A DNA stretch of 57,465 nt, the filler included, from Acidimicrobiia bacterium (GTDB taxonomy: Bacteria; Actinomycetota; Acidimicrobiia; Spongiisociales; JAHEDJ01), in assembly GCA_029210695.1 (NCBI GenBank). It is 3 parts of 3 records of this genome, joined end to end, with 100 filler letters (N's around TTAATTAATTAA, not from the genome) between each part and the next. Parts side by side here need not be neighbours in the genome. Positions count along the whole stretch, not along the records: positions 21,171 to 39,291 come from JARGFH010000063.1; 2 more parts are not named here. One strand, 5' to 3'. Below, one piece after another: positions 28,444 to 36,905 of this stretch (within the stretch, counting starts at the first letter, position 1; each line of letters opens with the position of its first letter). The translations under genes and the position numbers were made by a program. The notes beneath the pieces are model-generated. The model was not told the DNA's origin and did no database searches. It saw only the letters and a list, made by a program, of their open reading frames with translations.

Positions 28444-29373
28444 TCAGTTGGTTTCCGACGATGCGACAGGTGGTGCCGACAAGAGCTCCGATACCTCCCA
28501 GCGGCCGTCCCGCTGTTCGACAACGAGGGCGTACTCGAGAATCTGAGCCCGGCCGGCGATGTCAGTCGCTCGGACAACCACCGCCACCTCGGTCCGACCG
28601 CCTGACGTTTCGGCCATCCCTGCCTGGAGGATCTCGACACTCGAGAACGGCGTCGGCCGGACCGGGACTATGGGCGAAGACGGGGAGGTGTACCGGGTGA
28701 GCTCGCCGTCCCCCGCCAGATAGGCAGCCAGGAAGCGCGACAGCATCTCCTCCAGCCCGGGTGTCGCATCGAGTCCGTCCACGTGATCGATCAGCAGGTC
28801 CGGGGCAGTGGCCCCGCCGGGTGCCGGCATGAGGGTCGGCAGGCCGGTGATGGCCCATCCAGTTGTCGTCTCGGCCACTCCAACCGAGTAGAAGCGGGTG
28901 CCTGCCGGAATCCATTTGGGCTGACCGTCGGCGTCGCTTTCGGCGGCGACAACCTCCGCAGCCACCGCCACCGCGTAGTAGCCAGGGGCGACCTCCGAGG
29001 CGCCAAGGCTTGTCGTCCTCGTCGCCGACCACGATCCGCTCTCGACTTCATCCAACGAGACGTTGTTCAGGAAGGGACCGAGCGAATCGGTCGATCCCTC
29101 GCCGGCACTGAGATAGGTGGCGATGAACAGCTCCGCGAAACCCTCGGCTCCAGCCGTCTCGGGGGGTATCTCGACCCTGGCCTCGATGTTGACGAGGTCG
29201 AGTCGTTCGCTGAGTGACGACAGCTGTGTTGCCACTAGAAAAGCGGTGACCGGACCTGAGATCACCAGGAACCACAGGACGAGGTGCATGGCCCGGACGG
29301 TCAGCACCGGATTCCATCCCCGGCGAGCGGACGGTCGACTGGCGATCGCCTCCTGATGGTCCTCGGAGGTCAT
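28444..29373 (-). CDS. TcpC/VirB8-like conjugal transfer protein
   Basis: N-terminal TM, GFAELFIATYL, FLAAYLAGDGEL and RDGRWEV segments. Confidence 0.8.
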   Translation of the reverse strand: MTSEDHQEAIASRPSARRGWNPVLTVRAMHLVLWFLVISGPVTAFLVATQLSSLSERLDLVNIEARVEIPPETAGAEGFAELFIATYLSAGEGSTDSLGPFLNNVSLDEVESGSWSATRTTSLGASEVAPGYYAVAVAAEVVAAESDADGQPKWIPAGTRFYSVGVAETTTGWAITGLPTLMPAPGGATAPDLLIDHVDGLDATPGLEEMLSRFLAAYLAGDGELTRYTSPSSPIVPVRPTPFSSVEILQAGMAETSGGRTEVAVVVRATDIAGRAQILEYALVVEQRDGRWEVSELLSAPPVASSETN

Positions 29374-29693
29374 CGGATCCCCCTTGACTGATCCATGACG
29401 CCACAGCGTCGAAGTTGCTGTGAAGCCATCTGACGGCGCAATGCCTCAACTCGGGCGTACTCGGCTCTCCAGTAGCCGTCCTCGAAGAAGCCCACCACCC
29501 GGCCGGCAAGTTCGCGGGACGGCAACGTTCCGCCAGTACTCAGGAGGTCGTCGAGCAGATCACACCAGATGTCCCAACCGGCCCGGATCTGGCTGTCCAG
29601 CTCGACGTCGGTCAGCGTGCGGGCGTCACCGTCTGACTGGGTGACCTTGAGACCGAGCTTTCGGTCCCTGGGTTGCTGTGAGAAAGCTTGCAT
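29370..29693 (-). CDS. Hypothetical protein (107 aa)
   Basis: GGAGG RBS; stop overlaps the TcpC start. Confidence 0.65.
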   Translation of the reverse strand: MQAFSQQPRDRKLGLKVTQSDGDARTLTDVELDSQIRAGWDIWCDLLDDLLSTGGTLPSRELAGRVVGFFEDGYWRAEYARVEALRRQMASQQLRRCGVMDQSRGIR

Positions 29694-29798
29694 ATTTCCT
29701 CCACTCGGTCAGTGATCGGGGTCGGTCGTCATGGCCGATCGCAGGCATAAGGGGCGGGCGGGGGAGCGGGACGCGACAGGCTCTCGAACTCCATGTGG

Positions 29799-30548
29799 TC
29801 ACCGAGCCAGGGTCAGGCCTTGGCGAACACGACGCTCGGCCCGCAGCCTTCGCTGTCGCAGCGTCTGGGGATCCACGTCCTCGGCGGCAGCCAGCTCATC
29901 GACCGAGACCCCAGCAACCCGGGTCATCACCACCAGGCGAGCCTCCCCCTCCCGAACCCGCCCTCGTTCACGAACCCACTCGACGAGTTGCTCAACCTCC
30001 TTCTCCTCGGACGGGCCGTCGGTGCACTGGTCGCGGACTTCGAGGTGCCTGTAGTCGTCGACGAACACGACAGGTTCCGATCTAGCACGAACTGCTGAGC
30101 GCAGGACTCGACGCCTCGTGTTCGTATAGATCCGGAAGCTCGGTGGTGTTCCTGCCGGCTCGGTGGCACACCAGGAGATGACGTCCAAGGCCGTGGCTAC
30201 GACCCGGGCGGCTCGTTCCTCTGTATCCCACCCGCGGATCCCGTTGATAAGGCTTTTCAACCCCGGGAGCACAACTTGGAGCGCGACTCGGCTGGCCAGT
30301 CCGTCGCCGGTGGCTCGCTCGAGCAGAGCAGCGAGAACCTGATCCCGCTCCGCCCAACTCGACACATCGCACCTCTGCGCAGTGGAAACAAGACGGTCAC
30401 CGTCATCGAATGCGAGTCGGTCGTCATCGGCTGACCAACTGGCCAGTCGATCTCGCAACCAGCGCGACTCGGACAGGATCCGCCACTCCGCATCAAGGCG
30501 ACGAATCAGCTCAGTGTCGGCCGCCCGTGCTGGGGCTCTCGACCCCAT
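29799..30548 (-). CDS. Sigma-70/ECF-like regulator heading the transfer operon
   Basis: C-terminal region-4-like HTH (EARLVVMTRVAGVSVDELAAAEDVDPQTLRQRRLRAERR) and an AGGAG RBS. Confidence 0.6.
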   Translation of the reverse strand: MGSRAPARAADTELIRRLDAEWRILSESRWLRDRLASWSADDDRLAFDDGDRLVSTAQRCDVSSWAERDQVLAALLERATGDGLASRVALQVVLPGLKSLINGIRGWDTEERAARVVATALDVISWCATEPAGTPPSFRIYTNTRRRVLRSAVRARSEPVVFVDDYRHLEVRDQCTDGPSEEKEVEQLVEWVRERGRVREGEARLVVMTRVAGVSVDELAAAEDVDPQTLRQRRLRAERRVRQGLTLAR

Positions 30549-30590
30549 TGGCCGCTCCTCTCGTGCATGTCACGAGGTGGAGCGTGCGCC

Positions 30591-30659
30591 GCAACCCTGT
30601 CAGCAGAGTGTTAGCAACCCTGTCAGCAGAGTGTTAGCAACCCTGTCATCTGAGTGTTC
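30591..30659. repeat. Three tandem 23-bp direct repeats
   Basis: gcaaccctgtcagcagagtgtta twice exactly, followed by gcaaccctgtcatctgagtgttc. Confidence 0.92.
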
Positions 30660-30754
30660 ACCGGCTCGGCAGGATCTGGTGCAGCTTGTTTCTCTTGTTC
30701 GGATCGCCGCACGGCAAACGCGGCCGGAACCCAGCTCCGTCTAGGCTGAACGGC

Positions 30755-32098
30755 ATGTATGCAGCTGGTCCGATGGGGGCAGGACAGCCACCCTATGCCC
30801 TGGCATTGGCCGATGTCGCGAAGCGTGGCCGTCTCGTGGTCTACACGGGCGCTGGACTTAGTCGGGGTCATCCAACGGATATCCCGGCTGGCGCCGAGGT
30901 GGCCCGTCGTTGCCATGAGCGGCTGGTCGATCTGCTCGGAGCCGATGCGCTGGATGGCGCAGACTCTTCGAACCTGACGTCAGTCGCAGACGTCGTGGCG
31001 GCTCTTGATGGTGGCCTCGATCTACTACGACGGACGGCTGTCGGCGTGGCTGAGTTCACAACGGCCGATCCCAACTTCGGTCACGAAGCCCTTGCGCTGC
31101 TCCTTCTCGAAGGTCTTGTCTCGACTATCACTACCAATTGGGATGACTGTATAGAACGTGCCGGGGGCGCTGAGCGCGTGCTGGCCGTCATCTCGGACCA
31201 GGATCGTCAACAGATTCACGCGCCTGCCCTTCTGAAGGTTCACGGCTGCGCAACCCGGCCTGATACGGTTCTTCTGACCAGTAAGGACCTGACGAACCCC
31301 CCGGTGTGGGTCCGAGATGAGATAAATGCCCGTCTTGCTGACTCACATGTGGTTTTTGTTGGCATCGGGGATGTTGCGGGGTACGTTCGGTCACGGATCG
31401 AAGAGGCTGCCGAGGCCGTTGGCGCGGGTGGCGCTATATATGTCGTATCGCCGAGTGTTGACAACAATTGGGATGAGAGCCAGTGGGCTGAGGTCCTGCC
31501 GGATCATCCGGCAGAACGCCGGTTTGGGCTGACTGCTGATGAGTTCCTTGATGGGTTGGCAGCGGCGTGTGTTCGGCTGCTTCTTCGAGAGATAGCTGAG
31601 GCAATCGAGGAGCAGAGTGAGGCCCTGGCCGCATTCAACAGGGCGCGCGGTGCTTTCGAAGTTGTCACTCCTTTGGACGCCCTCCGATGGCTCCGGGCCT
31701 GTGCAGTTCCGAGGCAACCGGGTCACTCGGTACTTCGTCAACAGTCCTTCACGTCGGCGCTTATCGCATTGGGTGTGCTTGGCCCCGATGATGTCGAGTT
31801 GCACCCACTCGGTCGTGCGATCACGAACGGCTCGGTGTACGAGGTTCTCGTCGGTGTTGGGAATATCACAGCTTCGAGATGTCGCCGTGAGGCGGAATCT
31901 CGCCTAATCAAATACCGGTCGGAGGGCGGCGATACCGCAACGAGCCCGACCTTTCTCGTTGCTGGAGCTGTGGGTCGGTTCACTAGTCCTGGAGGGCTGG
32001 AGCAGTCTGTGCTCGGTGACTCGGACCCCAGAGATTTGGTATCGGGGCCGCTGACGGTCTCGCCAACCCTCATTCGCGCAGAGGACCTGGCTGCATGA
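30755..32098 (+). CDS. SIR2-family (SIR2_2) NADase-like effector with C-terminal domain
   Basis: YTGAGLS, ITTNWD, LKVHG and VVFVGIG sirtuin motifs. The ATG at 30755 lies 7 nt after a TAGGCT -10 box. Confidence 0.85.
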   Translation: MYAAGPMGAGQPPYALALADVAKRGRLVVYTGAGLSRGHPTDIPAGAEVARRCHERLVDLLGADALDGADSSNLTSVADVVAALDGGLDLLRRTAVGVAEFTTADPNFGHEALALLLLEGLVSTITTNWDDCIERAGGAERVLAVISDQDRQQIHAPALLKVHGCATRPDTVLLTSKDLTNPPVWVRDEINARLADSHVVFVGIGDVAGYVRSRIEEAAEAVGAGGAIYVVSPSVDNNWDESQWAEVLPDHPAERRFGLTADEFLDGLAAACVRLLLREIAEAIEEQSEALAAFNRARGAFEVVTPLDALRWLRACAVPRQPGHSVLRQQSFTSALIALGVLGPDDVELHPLGRAITNGSVYEVLVGVGNITASRCRREAESRLIKYRSEGGDTATSPTFLVAGAVGRFTSPGGLEQSVLGDSDPRDLVSGPLTVSPTLIRAEDLAA

Positions 32099-32661
32099 TG
32101 GCCGAACCCACATTCCGAGCCGATCCGGATCTTGCGGCAATAGCGAGAGAGGTTCTATCCACCGAAGGCTTTGCCCACGAATCGATTGGCGAGGCAGCAG
32201 CCGGAATCCTTCTCGCGGAGAATCGTTACTTCATCATCGCTCTTGCGGCTACGCCCACCATCAGCGACCTCTTGATCGCTGAGCCCATTGTCGAGCGAAC
32301 CGTGAGTGAACGCATCGAGGCCGCCAACGTGGGTCCGAAGCTGTGGGATGCCTACGTTGTGCTGCTCACTCAGGAACGCCCGTCAGAAGAAGGGTCAGCG
32401 TCCCGGCCGCTCTTTGGCATCAACTATGACACTCGTGGGTTCAGGCGGATCGCTCGGGCGGGGGTCGAGCCCACAATCCGCGGTGTTCGGAATGCCCTCA
32501 CCCCATTTGTCCAACCAGTGCGACTGGAGGACGCCGGTCTTATGGACGATCCTTTCGATTCCCTGGCCACCGCCCTCGTTAAGCATGGGATTGAGCCGGA
32601 GCTAGCTTCACGTTCCGTAGAGATCTTCCAGCAGGGCGGAAGGATCGATGATGCGCTCTGA
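32095..32661 (+). CDS. ABC-three-component middle component-like protein (MC1/LmuC-like)
   Basis: 188 aa coupled between the SIR2 gene and the ATPase. The WDAYVVL...INYDTRGFRRI pattern recalls ABC-3C MC1 (from memory, not searched). Confidence 0.65.
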   Translation: MMAEPTFRADPDLAAIAREVLSTEGFAHESIGEAAAGILLAENRYFIIALAATPTISDLLIAEPIVERTVSERIEAANVGPKLWDAYVVLLTQERPSEEGSASRPLFGINYDTRGFRRIARAGVEPTIRGVRNALTPFVQPVRLEDAGLMDDPFDSLATALVKHGIEPELASRSVEIFQQGGRIDDAL

Positions 32662-34786
32662 CGTTCGTCTGGTGGGACTTGCTGTCGAATCGTTCCGCGG
32701 ATTCCGCGATCGTCGGGAGTTTGACCTCGACGCATCGACAGTTGTCATCACCGGTCCGAACGGAACCGGAAAGACGAGCTTCTTCGACGCAATGCAGTGG
32801 GTATTACTCGGGTCGATTGAGCGCTTGGAGGGCCTCCGGGCCCGAAAGAACGTCGAACACGTCGTAAGCAGATACCGACCGGGTGGCCGAGCGCGAGTAG
32901 AACTCACGCTCGTCTTCGAGGGTAGAGAAATCACCGTTGCCCGCACAGGGGACTATCGAGACAGCACGCTGGAAGTGCGAGGCGCCAACACAAAACCGCT
33001 GTTTGGCGATGCCGCACGGGATTGGCTGGGAGAGTGCCTCGTTCCGACCGAGCCCTACTCTCTTGCAATGGCCCTGACCACGTGTGGCCTTCTTCAGCAG
33101 GACGTCATGAGATCAGTGCTAGAAGCCAAACCAGCAGACCGATACGCACACATAACCACGGTCCTCGGGCTCCTAGGGCTTGAGGATTACGAGGACGCCG
33201 TCCGAGTCACGGCCAAAGAGGCCAACGATCAGAATGGGAACGCGCAGCACGATGTTGAAAGGGCTCGGGGCGCGGTCGAGACGGCATCCGCCATCCTCGA
33301 AACGCTCGAACAGCGCGCACTCCAACGTATCTCCGTGACTGTGGCTCGCTCCGAGATTGACCGCCAAGTGGCAGAGATGCCTGACTCAGTGAGCGTGACT
33401 CTTCCCAGCGCTTTGGACCTCGAGGCCGTATCCGAGCTAGCCCGCAGGTGTCACGAGCTAGTCGACCGATTCACAGGGTTCGTGCTCGCCGGGACGGAGA
33501 TCGAGAGCGACCGGAACAACCTCCAGCCGGCGGTCGGAGACGACCAGATCCGCGAGCTTCAAAGCGGCGTTGATGCCGCCAGTGCTGCTCTGGAGACGGA
33601 ATTGGCCGAACAGGAAAAGGCGCTCTCGCTTCTCACGGCTGCCGAGCAGTCGAGCGAGGAGATCTTGCGCCTCGCCGCAGCAGCACTCCCACAGCTGACT
33701 TCGCATTGTCCCGTTTGCGGCCAGTCGATCGACCCTGATTCTGTGGCAGAGCGGCTCCGAAGCATCGCAGGAGACAGTTCGACGCTCATAGAACTGCGCG
33801 CATCGGTCGAGAGCAGGTCTGCTCAGGTCGATGCAATGACGGTCGAGCGGGACAAACGCCAGTCCGAACTCGACAAGGCACAAGAGATCAACCGACAATG
33901 GGAGATGCTGCGTCGGCGGCATGTCCGGCTCGCCGATGAGCTGAACGAGAGCGAACTCGTCCAGGGTGTCCCCATAGCTGTAAGCCTTCTGACGCTCGAG
34001 TCGGTGGTCCTTGATGGTCCCGCGGTCACAGATTCGCTAGCTCGACTTGGTTCAGCTCTCGAACGCTACGCAGAAATCGCCCAGGAATCCCAGTCGGCAG
34101 GTGAGATCGATCGTGCAAGAGCAGAGCTGGCTAGCGCAAATCAGGCACTTGATGAGAGGACCACACACGGGGCTCGCCTTGCGACGCGCGCGGCAAGGCT
34201 GAAGCAACTGGCAGACGCCACGGCGAAGGCGCGCGTCGACGTTACCAAAGCGAGGTTTGAGGCGATCGAGCCTTTGGTTTCGGATATCTACAGCCGGCTC
34301 GATCCGCACCCAGCGTTCAAGATGATCGGGTTTGAACATGACACGTACTACGGAAAAGGGACCTCTAGCCCCGTGGTGCGTGATCTTGTGGCCGGAGTTG
34401 ACGCCGATCCTCTGATCGTTTTCTCTGCGTCGCAGGCCAACATTGCCGCTCTGTCGTACTTCCTGGCGATGAGCTTGGGCGCAGGCGAACGCGCCCTGCC
34501 GTTCGTGCTCTTGGATGACCCGCTCCAGTCAATGGACGATGTAAATGTGCTCGGATTCGCCGATCTATGCCGATTCGTCCGTTCGGAACGTCAGCTCATG
34601 ATCTCGACGCACGACCGGCGATTCGCAAACCTGCTCCGCAGAAAGCTGACTCCCCGCACATCGCAGGATCGCACGATCGTCTACGAGTTCGGTGGCTGGG
34701 ACCGCAGTGGCCCTTCAGTGACCATTGAGTCGCTTGAGGATGAGCTACAGGATTCGCCGCTGCGTTTGCTGGCGTCATCCGCATAG
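32648..34786 (+). CDS. Rad50/SbcC-like SMC ABC ATPase with zinc hook
   Basis: FRGF, Walker A GPNGTGKTS, Q-loop LQQD, coiled coils around a central CPVC, signature FSASQ, Walker B LLDDP..SMDD and H-loop STHD. Confidence 0.9.
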   Translation: MMRSDVRLVGLAVESFRGFRDRREFDLDASTVVITGPNGTGKTSFFDAMQWVLLGSIERLEGLRARKNVEHVVSRYRPGGRARVELTLVFEGREITVARTGDYRDSTLEVRGANTKPLFGDAARDWLGECLVPTEPYSLAMALTTCGLLQQDVMRSVLEAKPADRYAHITTVLGLLGLEDYEDAVRVTAKEANDQNGNAQHDVERARGAVETASAILETLEQRALQRISVTVARSEIDRQVAEMPDSVSVTLPSALDLEAVSELARRCHELVDRFTGFVLAGTEIESDRNNLQPAVGDDQIRELQSGVDAASAALETELAEQEKALSLLTAAEQSSEEILRLAAAALPQLTSHCPVCGQSIDPDSVAERLRSIAGDSSTLIELRASVESRSAQVDAMTVERDKRQSELDKAQEINRQWEMLRRRHVRLADELNESELVQGVPIAVSLLTLESVVLDGPAVTDSLARLGSALERYAEIAQESQSAGEIDRARAELASANQALDERTTHGARLATRAARLKQLADATAKARVDVTKARFEAIEPLVSDIYSRLDPHPAFKMIGFEHDTYYGKGTSSPVVRDLVAGVDADPLIVFSASQANIAALSYFLAMSLGAGERALPFVLLDDPLQSMDDVNVLGFADLCRFVRSERQLMISTHDRRFANLLRRKLTPRTSQDRTIVYEFGGWDRSGPSVTIESLEDELQDSPLRLLASSA

Positions 34787-34977
34787 GTCTGTGACCACGG
34801 CCGGCCATTCGCGATTCCCGCGCTCCGCGATCGATGTCGTGTTAAACGGCCTCTGAACAGGCAGTACGCGGGTTTCCCCTGGTAGTGGCAACCCCTAAGT
34901 TCGGGATCATAACCCGGTGGTCACACGTTCGGCCTTCGCTCCCGGCGGCGAGCAGTGGGGAACGATCCTCTTCCGCT

Positions 34978-35088
34978 CTAGTGGTCTGTCTGCTATTTGA
35001 TGACCGGGGTAGGCAGTGCCACGAACCCTGCCACAGCGGGGATCGTCCGGCAGGAGACCAAGTCACCAAATCCGCGACGGACCACTAG
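34978..35088. mobile_element. 111-bp MITE / internally deleted IS630-like element
   Basis: Terminal inverted repeats ctagtggtctgtc...atttg / caaat...gacggaccactag. The same end sequence occurs at 39215. Confidence 0.7.
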
Positions 35089-35273
35089 CGCCGTCGACGG
35101 CACGGACCGAATCGCCGTTTGCGGGGGCCGGGGCGGAGTCCACCGACAATATCGCATATCCGTGCGATGAGGTTTCATGAGCATCGCTCGGCGCCCGGCG
35201 CCCGGCCGCTTTAACGTCGTGCTGTCGGAACAAGGCTCGGCGGCTTGCCGAATGTGGCGACCGAGGGACACCA

Positions 35274-36572
35274 CTACCTGCGACTGCGACGCTCGGAGCC
35301 TCCCCAGAATGCTGCGCTTGCTGCGATCGAGACGCCAACGCCAAACAGCAGGGTTCCGATCTGAAGGCGCCATCGAGCCGCGTTCTCCTCTCCCTGATCC
35401 AGTAGCTCGAAACGAGGCGGCAGTGAGAAGCCACCCGTGCTTTCCCACTTGAGAGTCACGGTCGAGGCCAACGGCGGATCAGCGCTGACCACCCGCGCTC
35501 CTACAGCAAGCGAACCGTCTTCCGTGTAGGGCTCATAGTCAGCGATGAGCGAAACAGGCAAGGGGCGGACGTCTACGTCGGACAGCGAGTCGCCGCCAAC
35601 TGCGACCACGATCGGGCCGGCTCCAACAAGCCTGCCGTTGTGCTCTTCGACCCAAGAGGCGGCGACGGCTGTCTCAATCTGAAGTCGAACTGCGTACCGC
35701 TTCTGCTCGAGTTTGAAGGAGCACTCGGGTCCAGCCATGAGCAACTGTCCGACTTCAGCCGCGCTTCTCGACTCAGTCACGGTCGGTTCCGAGCCTTCGA
35801 TCATGAAGTAGGAAGCTGCAACTCTCTCCCCGATGAGCACCTGTGCCTCGTCTAAGGCGAAGTCTGACTCCCGGCATTCGTAGTCGGACATGGCGATCGC
35901 TAGATCTGGCTCCGCCGCCTCAAGGTCAAGTCGGAGTGGCGCATCCGGCCCGGATCGGTAATACGCCCCACTCAGGACCTGCGCTACGTCAAACACGAGC
36001 AGCCCCACTTGAGCAGAGGGACCAGAGGCAGCCAACGTTGAGCCCTCTGGAAACGAGGCGGTGACAATTAGGCGAGTACCGCCTGGATCCCAGTCGGGAT
36101 GTGGAGTGTGCACGGATCGGTGTGACACTCGGGCGCCGGCGAGGTCTCTCAGAACCGAAAGGTTGCCAGGCAACTCCTCGATGGTTGGCGACACGGGCAT
36201 CGATGGGTCGTGCATAGGCGCAAAAGAAACCGAAACCTCTGCATCAGAGGCGGCGACTCTTGGGTCATCGCTCACCACGGCCACGAGCAGGATCGGGCGG
36301 TCTGATTCGCCCAAGAGCACACTCTGCGGGAGAGCACTCACGGCTACAAGAGCGGACCCAAGGGTGAGCAGGGTGCCCGCGAGCACCCAATACCAGCGAA
36401 TTCGGTTGGGGCTACGTGACGTCCTCGGAGGCGTGTGGCCCCCAGGCACATGCGGATGGTGTGACCGATTGCTTTCCAACCCCCGATGGTTCAGGTATCG
36501 AGAGATGGCAGCGACCAGAATCACAGCGCATGCTGCCACGGTGACTTCCAGCCGAGGTCGTCTAAACCGCAT
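35274..36572 (-). CDS. Hypothetical membrane protein (N- and C-terminal TMs, large soluble domain)
   Basis: 432-aa ORF with a GAGGGG RBS and hydrophobic segments at both ends. Confidence 0.6.
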   Translation of the reverse strand: MRFRRPRLEVTVAACAVILVAAISRYLNHRGLESNRSHHPHVPGGHTPPRTSRSPNRIRWYWVLAGTLLTLGSALVAVSALPQSVLLGESDRPILLVAVVSDDPRVAASDAEVSVSFAPMHDPSMPVSPTIEELPGNLSVLRDLAGARVSHRSVHTPHPDWDPGGTRLIVTASFPEGSTLAASGPSAQVGLLVFDVAQVLSGAYYRSGPDAPLRLDLEAAEPDLAIAMSDYECRESDFALDEAQVLIGERVAASYFMIEGSEPTVTESRSAAEVGQLLMAGPECSFKLEQKRYAVRLQIETAVAASWVEEHNGRLVGAGPIVVAVGGDSLSDVDVRPLPVSLIADYEPYTEDGSLAVGARVVSADPPLASTVTLKWESTGGFSLPPRFELLDQGEENAARWRLQIGTLLFGVGVSIAASAAFWGGSERRSRR

Positions 36573-36905
36573 TCTGATCAGCCCCTCTTACTCCACCCAC
36601 CTGTCCCTTCACCTCGGTCAGTGCTTCATCGACACGCAGCTGGCGGCGGAGCATGTTGAGCCGATTCTCTTTCAAACCGAGGAGCTCACCAGATCGGAGA
36701 CCGGTGTATGCGGCGGTGAGTACCAGCGCCCGGTACCGGGGGTCGATGGCGTCAGCCAGCTTCTCGATCTCATCGGGCGAGAGGAACCGCATCTCCTCCC
36801 GGATGTCCTTCGGCAGCTTGATTCCTCGGCACGGCGAGTGTGCGATCAGATCTGAGGACACTGCCGCATCGAAAACGGCGCTCAGCAGTTGATTCGCTTG
36901 GTCAA
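36562..36905 (-). pseudogene. Tyrosine integrase internal fragment
   Basis: LLSAVFDAAV..DLIAHSPC, MRFLSPDEI and box I YTGLRSGELLGL. No HxxR or catalytic Tyr region and no N-terminus. Confidence 0.85.

Noticed and set aside
30591..30659. CRISPR array
   Set aside because: The repeats are directly adjacent with no spacers, and there are no cas genes in the window.
30755..32098. CobB-type protein deacetylase or Thoeris ThsA
   Set aside because: Lacks the CobB zinc-binding cysteines and GIPxFR motif; no TIR gene or recognisable SLOG/macro domain is present.
32648..34786. Housekeeping SbcC/RecN/SMC or Wadjet JetC
   Set aside because: No SbcD, ScpAB or JetABD partners. It has a zinc hook rather than a hinge and is coupled to a SIR2 gene inside an ICE.
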